Made by a program: the position numbers and the translations under genes. 11,736 bases of DNA from Ascoidea asiatica JCM 7603 (Eukaryota > Fungi > Ascomycota): positions 6,482 to 18,217 of the forward strand of contig BCKQ01000045.1 of the NCBI GenBank assembly GCA_001600695.1, given 5' to 3'. Of this stretch, positions 7,704 through 11,736 are shown piece by piece (within the stretch, counting starts at the first letter, position 1; every line of letters begins with the position of its first letter). The notes below the pieces were generated by a model, which saw only the letters and a list, made by a program, of their open reading frames with translations, did no database searches and was not told where the DNA came from.

Positions 7704-9390
7704 TTTTTTTACCAGGATATTTTAAATGTAACTTTTCTTGATAATTTATAATTTTTTTCTTAATTTTAATTCTTTCTTCAATTAAAATATTTAAAGCTAA
7801 AAATGCAGCTCTTTCACAAGCATCTAAATAATTTATACCAAATCCATATGATTTTTCTTCAACATCAGAATATTTTTTAATATAACTACATACAACTGAT
7901 ATTAGCATTCCATTTTCTGCTTTTTTCCAAATTGAAAAAATTGGTTTAGATTTAAGTAAAACTTTTAAACTAGAAATAACAAATCCATTAAATGGAATTA
8001 ATTCAAATGATTTAAAATCATAATTTTTATCAGAAAGTAAATTAGTAAATTCAATAGATAATAAATTCAATTTTTTTTCAATTAATGGAAGAACTTTTCT
8101 TTTATTCATTTTAGTTTCATTAATAAGATTTTCTTTCCAACAATAATTAAAATTATGTTTTTTAATTAAAACTGTAGTATCAAAAATTGAAACTTTTTCT
8201 TCAAAAATCTTTTCTGTTTTTTTATATTTATTTTCATTTTCATTTACTTTTAAACTTCTTACTTCAAAATCTGGATAAAATTTATCATTATTGATTTCAA
8301 TTATATCCCTGGTTTTATTTTTTTCATATAATCTATTCACATCATTTAATGTCTTTATAGTTTTCATATTTCCAATAATAATTTCATTAATCTCAAATGA
8401 AATTAATTTATTAATTGAATTAATTTCTTGTTCATTATTTTGTAAATATAAAGCAGCATGAAACATTTTGAAATATGTGATAATTTTTTTATCGATTTTT
8501 TCATCAGTTTCATCAATTTCAATAACTTCAACAACTTTATTGGACTCATTTGATTCATTTGATTCATTTGAATCACTTGCATTACTATTATTAATAGTAT
8601 TAGATGTATCTTGAGTTACATCGATTTTATTAGTTTCATTAGATTCAGAAAGATCAGAAGTTTGAGAAGTATCAGAAGTTTGAGAAGTTTGAGAAGTATC
8701 AGTAGTATCAGTAGTATCAGTAGTATCAGTAGTTGCATCCATTTCATTAAAATTATCAGGGGTTTCATTGTTGGCACTACTTTCTTCATTACTATTAGAA
8801 CTATCATTATCATTATTATTATCATTAACATTAAAATATGAAAAAGAATAAACATTTGACCATTTTTCATAATTAATATCGGAAGTTAATTGGTTAATCA
8901 ATTCAGTTTTTTGATCATCAGTCAATTGAAAAGAAGATAGTTTAGATTTAATAGTATTCTCAAAAATTTGATTACTTAAATCACATAAAGAATCTTGATA
9001 TTTGGTTTGAAAACAAATTCTTTTAAATTTATCAAGTTTAAATAAATCCAATAAAAGTTTAGAACTTTCAAGTTTTTCTAATGAAGGATAAATAAATTTT
9101 TCACCATTTTTATTTAAATCATAATTACTTATTATTGTTTCATTATCACTTTCACTTTCATATTCATTATCACTTTCATTATCACTTTCACTTTCATTTT
9201 GGTCTTGATCACTTATAGCATCTTCAAAGTCATAATCACTATCTAAATCTTGTTGTTTATCCGAATATTCTTCTGATAATATTTTGCTTCGTTCAATTAT
9301 AGATAATTCAGATGATTCATAAAACTTAGCTAAATGTTTTTTAATTAAATTCAACTTTTTATTACTCTTAGAATTTGATACACTACCCAT
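7690..9390 (-). CDS. Divergent, probably catalytically inactive RNase III-family (Rnt1/Dcr1/Cdl1-like) dsRNA-binding protein; main ORF
   Basis: 566-aa ORF with colinear similarity to recalled yeast Rnt1. AKFYESSELSIIERSKIL ~ TKLVESYNKIIELSPNL (N-terminal domain). PSLEKLESSKLLLDLF ~ PKLPEIQDLAIRARVF. QDSLCDLSNQIF ~ NERLEFLGDSIL. LTSDINYEKWSNVYSF ~ LVSNEQIKQWSIMYNF. ITYFKMFHAALYLQ ~ AD.FEA.IGALYLD. dsRBD end GFGINYLDACERAAFLAL ~ [18 protein letters not shown]. The ORF itself is solid; the family call is a by-eye inference. Confidence 0.7.
   Translation of the reverse strand: MGSVSNSKSNKKLNLIKKHLAKFYESSELSIIERSKILSEEYSDKQQDLDSDYDFEDAISDQDQNESESDNESDNEYESESDNETIISNYDLNKNGEKFIYPSLEKLESSKLLLDLFKLDKFKRICFQTKYQDSLCDLSNQIFENTIKSKLSSFQLTDDQKTELINQLTSDINYEKWSNVYSFSYFNVNDNNNDNDSSNSNEESSANNETPDNFNEMDATTDTTDTTDTTDTSQTSQTSDTSQTSDLSESNETNKIDVTQDTSNTINNSNASDSNESNESNESNKVVEVIEIDETDEKIDKKIITYFKMFHAALYLQNNEQEINSINKLISFEINEIIIGNMKTIKTLNDVNRLYEKNKTRDIIEINNDKFYPDFEVRSLKVNENENKYKKTEKIFEEKVSIFDTTVLIKKHNFNYCWKENLINETKMNKRKVLPLIEKKLNLLSIEFTNLLSDKNYDFKSFELIPFNGFVISSLKVLLKSKPIFSIWKKAENGMLISVVCSYIKKYSDVEEKSYGFGINYLDACERAAFLALNILIEERIKIKKKIINYQEKLHLKYPGKKIIFL
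8540..8829 (-). repeat. Coding tandem repeats (TTD)n, (TSQ/TSD)n, (SNE)n and poly-N/D
   Basis: On the plus strand: (atcagtagt)x4 at about 8698-8733, agaagtttg/agaagtatc units at about 8655-8700, and (tcatttgat)x3 at about 8546-8572. Confidence 0.9.
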
Positions 9391-10310
9391 TTTGAAAAGT
9401 TATAAAGTAATTTTTACTAATTTGCAAATATAAATATCTTTGATATTCGAATAGAATAAAAACAAAAATAACTTGATAAAAAGCCCACTTTTATATTCTT
9501 TTATTTTACAAAATATATTGCAATCATCATGATAGTTTAAATCTCATTCTCAAAAGTCATTTTCCAAAATAGGAAACTTTTAATTCAGCTCTCACTTAAC
9601 TTTTTATTAAGGTTAAATTGACCTATGATTAAACTACCAATATCAGGGTATATTCATATCTAAAAGTTAAAAGCAAAACGAATTTTGATAATCTTCTCTT
9701 TTTGATCAATGTTTTTGAATTTGAAGCAACAAAGTCTAGATACTATTGCTGTTAATATTTAGTCAAATTATATTTATTGCATTTCAAATTTTGATTATTT
9801 TGTTTCCTTATGAATCTTTAGAATCGAGAACGTACTTATAATTTGGAACCATAATACATATTTTGTTAATTATAATAAACACATTGTTCGTCAGCTCAAT
9901 GATTTTATATATTTAATAGTTTCAATTATGAAAGGTAAAAAATGACTTTGTATTTCCTATGAAAATAATCCAATTTAACTGTCGAAGTTGTTTTAATTTA
10001 AGTAACAACTCATTTAATAAATTTATTTGATAAATATTCTTGAATATTAATATCCGAATGTAATAACAATAATATTGATGTTGATTTCATTATTATTATT
10101 ATCAATATTTGATGTATTTTTGATTTTGTTATGACAATAAAAAAAACAATTTGCATCACTCTTTTTCATTGTAAAATCATTCAAATTATGAAAAATTGAA
10201 GAAATCTGAATGTTCTTTTGAAGGTTCGTTAATTCTAGACTTATATTAATAGTTTCATATTCCCAATTATATATTTAATAATACATATTTACTGTTTTTA
10301 TTTATGCTAT

Positions 10311-10362
10311 TGTAGATTACTTGTAGATTATTGTAGATAATTAGATTACTTTTTAGATTTAC
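10311..10362. repeat. Degenerate (TTGTAGATTA)n tandem array
   Basis: tgtagattac ttgtagatta ttgtagataa ttagattact ttttagattt ac. Confidence 0.75.
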
Positions 10363-10699
10363 CTATTTAAAAGCTTTCGCTCACCCAACCAGGGCTCTAA
10401 TTTTACTACTACATTTTTCTACAGCCCTCAAAAGGAAATACGAAATGAACGAACTTCAAACAAAGAAAAGAAGACAAAAACGTAATCTGATGGATATACA
10501 TCTCAAACAAAAGTTTTTTTATTTTTTATGGAGATTGTAATGAGCTAAGTTTTATTAATGTGAAAATTGTTTGAAATTAATAGAAAAAGTGAAAAAACAG
10601 ATTTACGAGGAAGGGTTCGTAAATGTGCATTTACTCTACGTATTAATACAGAATTTAGTTGCCGGAAAGGCTAAATGTTAGGATGTATTAGGTGATTAG

Positions 10700-11720
10700 A
10701 GGTATCTGTATTGCTCAAATGCCGAACTGATAATTCGATAAATTCCTAAATTCAAAACAATCATTTTGTAATAAAAAATTCAATCATTGTATTTTAGTTT
10801 TTAATATCTTGAAGAGTATAAATTCTTATTTGGTCCAAAACCAAGTTGGAATTATTTCTGAAATTATTAGCCAGTTAGATAAATTGTCAAATGAGTTTGC
10901 TAATCTACTCTACAAAGGAATAACTTATATCTTTGACAATTTTAGTCATGATATATGATTTAAGATCTTTAATATTGAATCTTTGAAATAAATTTTTTGG
11001 TGAATTGAGTTTTTGAAGACTATATCTGGCTACAAAAGCAAGTTATAAAAAAAATTGCAACATGAAATAATTGATCATATTAAAAGTTGTATTCAACTTC
11101 TTAGAAAGTTACTTATAAATTTATCTAAATACTTGAATATTAATCTGAAAAAAATAAATTAGCTTACATCAAAGAGACTTCACTTATTCTGACATAAAAG
11201 TCTAAGAACAGGGGAAGGGCATTACTAATATTTTTGTACTAAGTGTTTAGCTTTTTATTGGAATTGAAACGACTTCCATTTATCTTGAATCAATATATCT
11301 TTAAGATCTTTCATGATAAGACAATCATTTAACTGAAGAGAAGTTTTATTCAAATCTTCTTGACGATATATCTAAAACTTTTACTTCAAATAATTGAATT
11401 GACCATCATACTGTATGTTTGGATTACCTTATTGAAGTTCCCTAATAAAAAACTTCTACCGTAGAGATCCCATTTGCAAATAATGGGAAAGTCCCGGAAA
11501 GTTTACCGAAAAGACCCAAATGTAATAAATAAAATTTACGGGGCAACTAGAACGCGATGATTCCATCTTCAACAGGGTATATCATGTGATCCTTCAAATA
11601 TTCACCCATCAGGCTGGAAATTGCTGACCTTTCTTTTAACAACCCTTTTTCACTGAATTGAAAGTAAATTACAGTACTGGCAAGCTGAAATGAAGATGAA
11701 TTATTACAATAATGAACTAT
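10700..11720 (-). pseudogene. Possible decayed coding sequence of unknown family
   Basis: Minus-strand protein-like runs broken by stops. For example, 11720-11442 gives 93 codons with one internal TAG (11547-11549): IVHYCNNSSSFQLASTVIYFQFSEKGLLKERSAISSLMGEYLKDHMIYPVEDGIIAF*LPRKFYLLHLGLFGKLSGTFPLFANGISTVEVFY*. Confidence 0.3.
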
Positions 11721-11736
11721 TCACAGATAAAATAAG

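Noticed and set aside
7690-7724. Intron explaining the frame change in the RNase III-like gene
   Set aside because: Only a weak GTAAAA donor, no TACTAAC-like branch point nearby, and dsRBD-like similarity continues across the junction, leaving little room for an intron.
8655-8733. Repeat arrays as CRISPR or telomeric repeats
   Set aside because: Simple in-frame tandem repeats with no unique spacers; eukaryotic context with no cas genes.
8611-8870. 76-aa (+) and 84-aa (-) ORFs
   Set aside because: Alternate-frame or antisense readings of the 9-bp coding repeats inside the 566-aa gene.
7690-9390. Mitoribosomal mL44/mL57 (inactive RNase III-like) identity
   Set aside because: The N-terminus is followed by a very acidic tract and resembles the Rnt1 N-terminal domain. 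The length and two dsRBD-like units fit the Rnt1/Dcr1 class better. Not formally excluded.

Overview
An extremely AT-rich eukaryotic window, apparently from a budding yeast (Saccharomycotina-like; intronless genes, N/I/K/F-rich proteins). It has four protein genes: an AVT5/6-type vacuolar amino-acid transporter (768-2255 +), phosphomevalonate kinase ERG8 with a repeat-built N-terminal extension (2664-4511 +), an LPL1-like DUF676 lipid-droplet lipase (4942-6618 -), and an unassigned 566-aa ORF (7690-9390 -). By-eye alignment suggests this last ORF is a divergent Rnt1/Dcr1-class RNase III protein. All four catalytic acidic residues are replaced, a ~110-aa low-complexity loop is inserted in the nuclease fold, and there are two dsRBD-like units. 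The second dsRBD is split by a +1 frameshift at an A7 run and continues for 98 codons (to 7407) that the ORF track misses. Small GC-rich islands upstream of three genes carry clustered candidate Crz1, Rpn4, Cbf1/bHLH, Reb1 and Yap-type motifs. The last ~2.3 kb has no long ORF and looks like decayed minus-strand coding sequence. All homology calls are from motifs and recalled yeast sequences, not from database searches.
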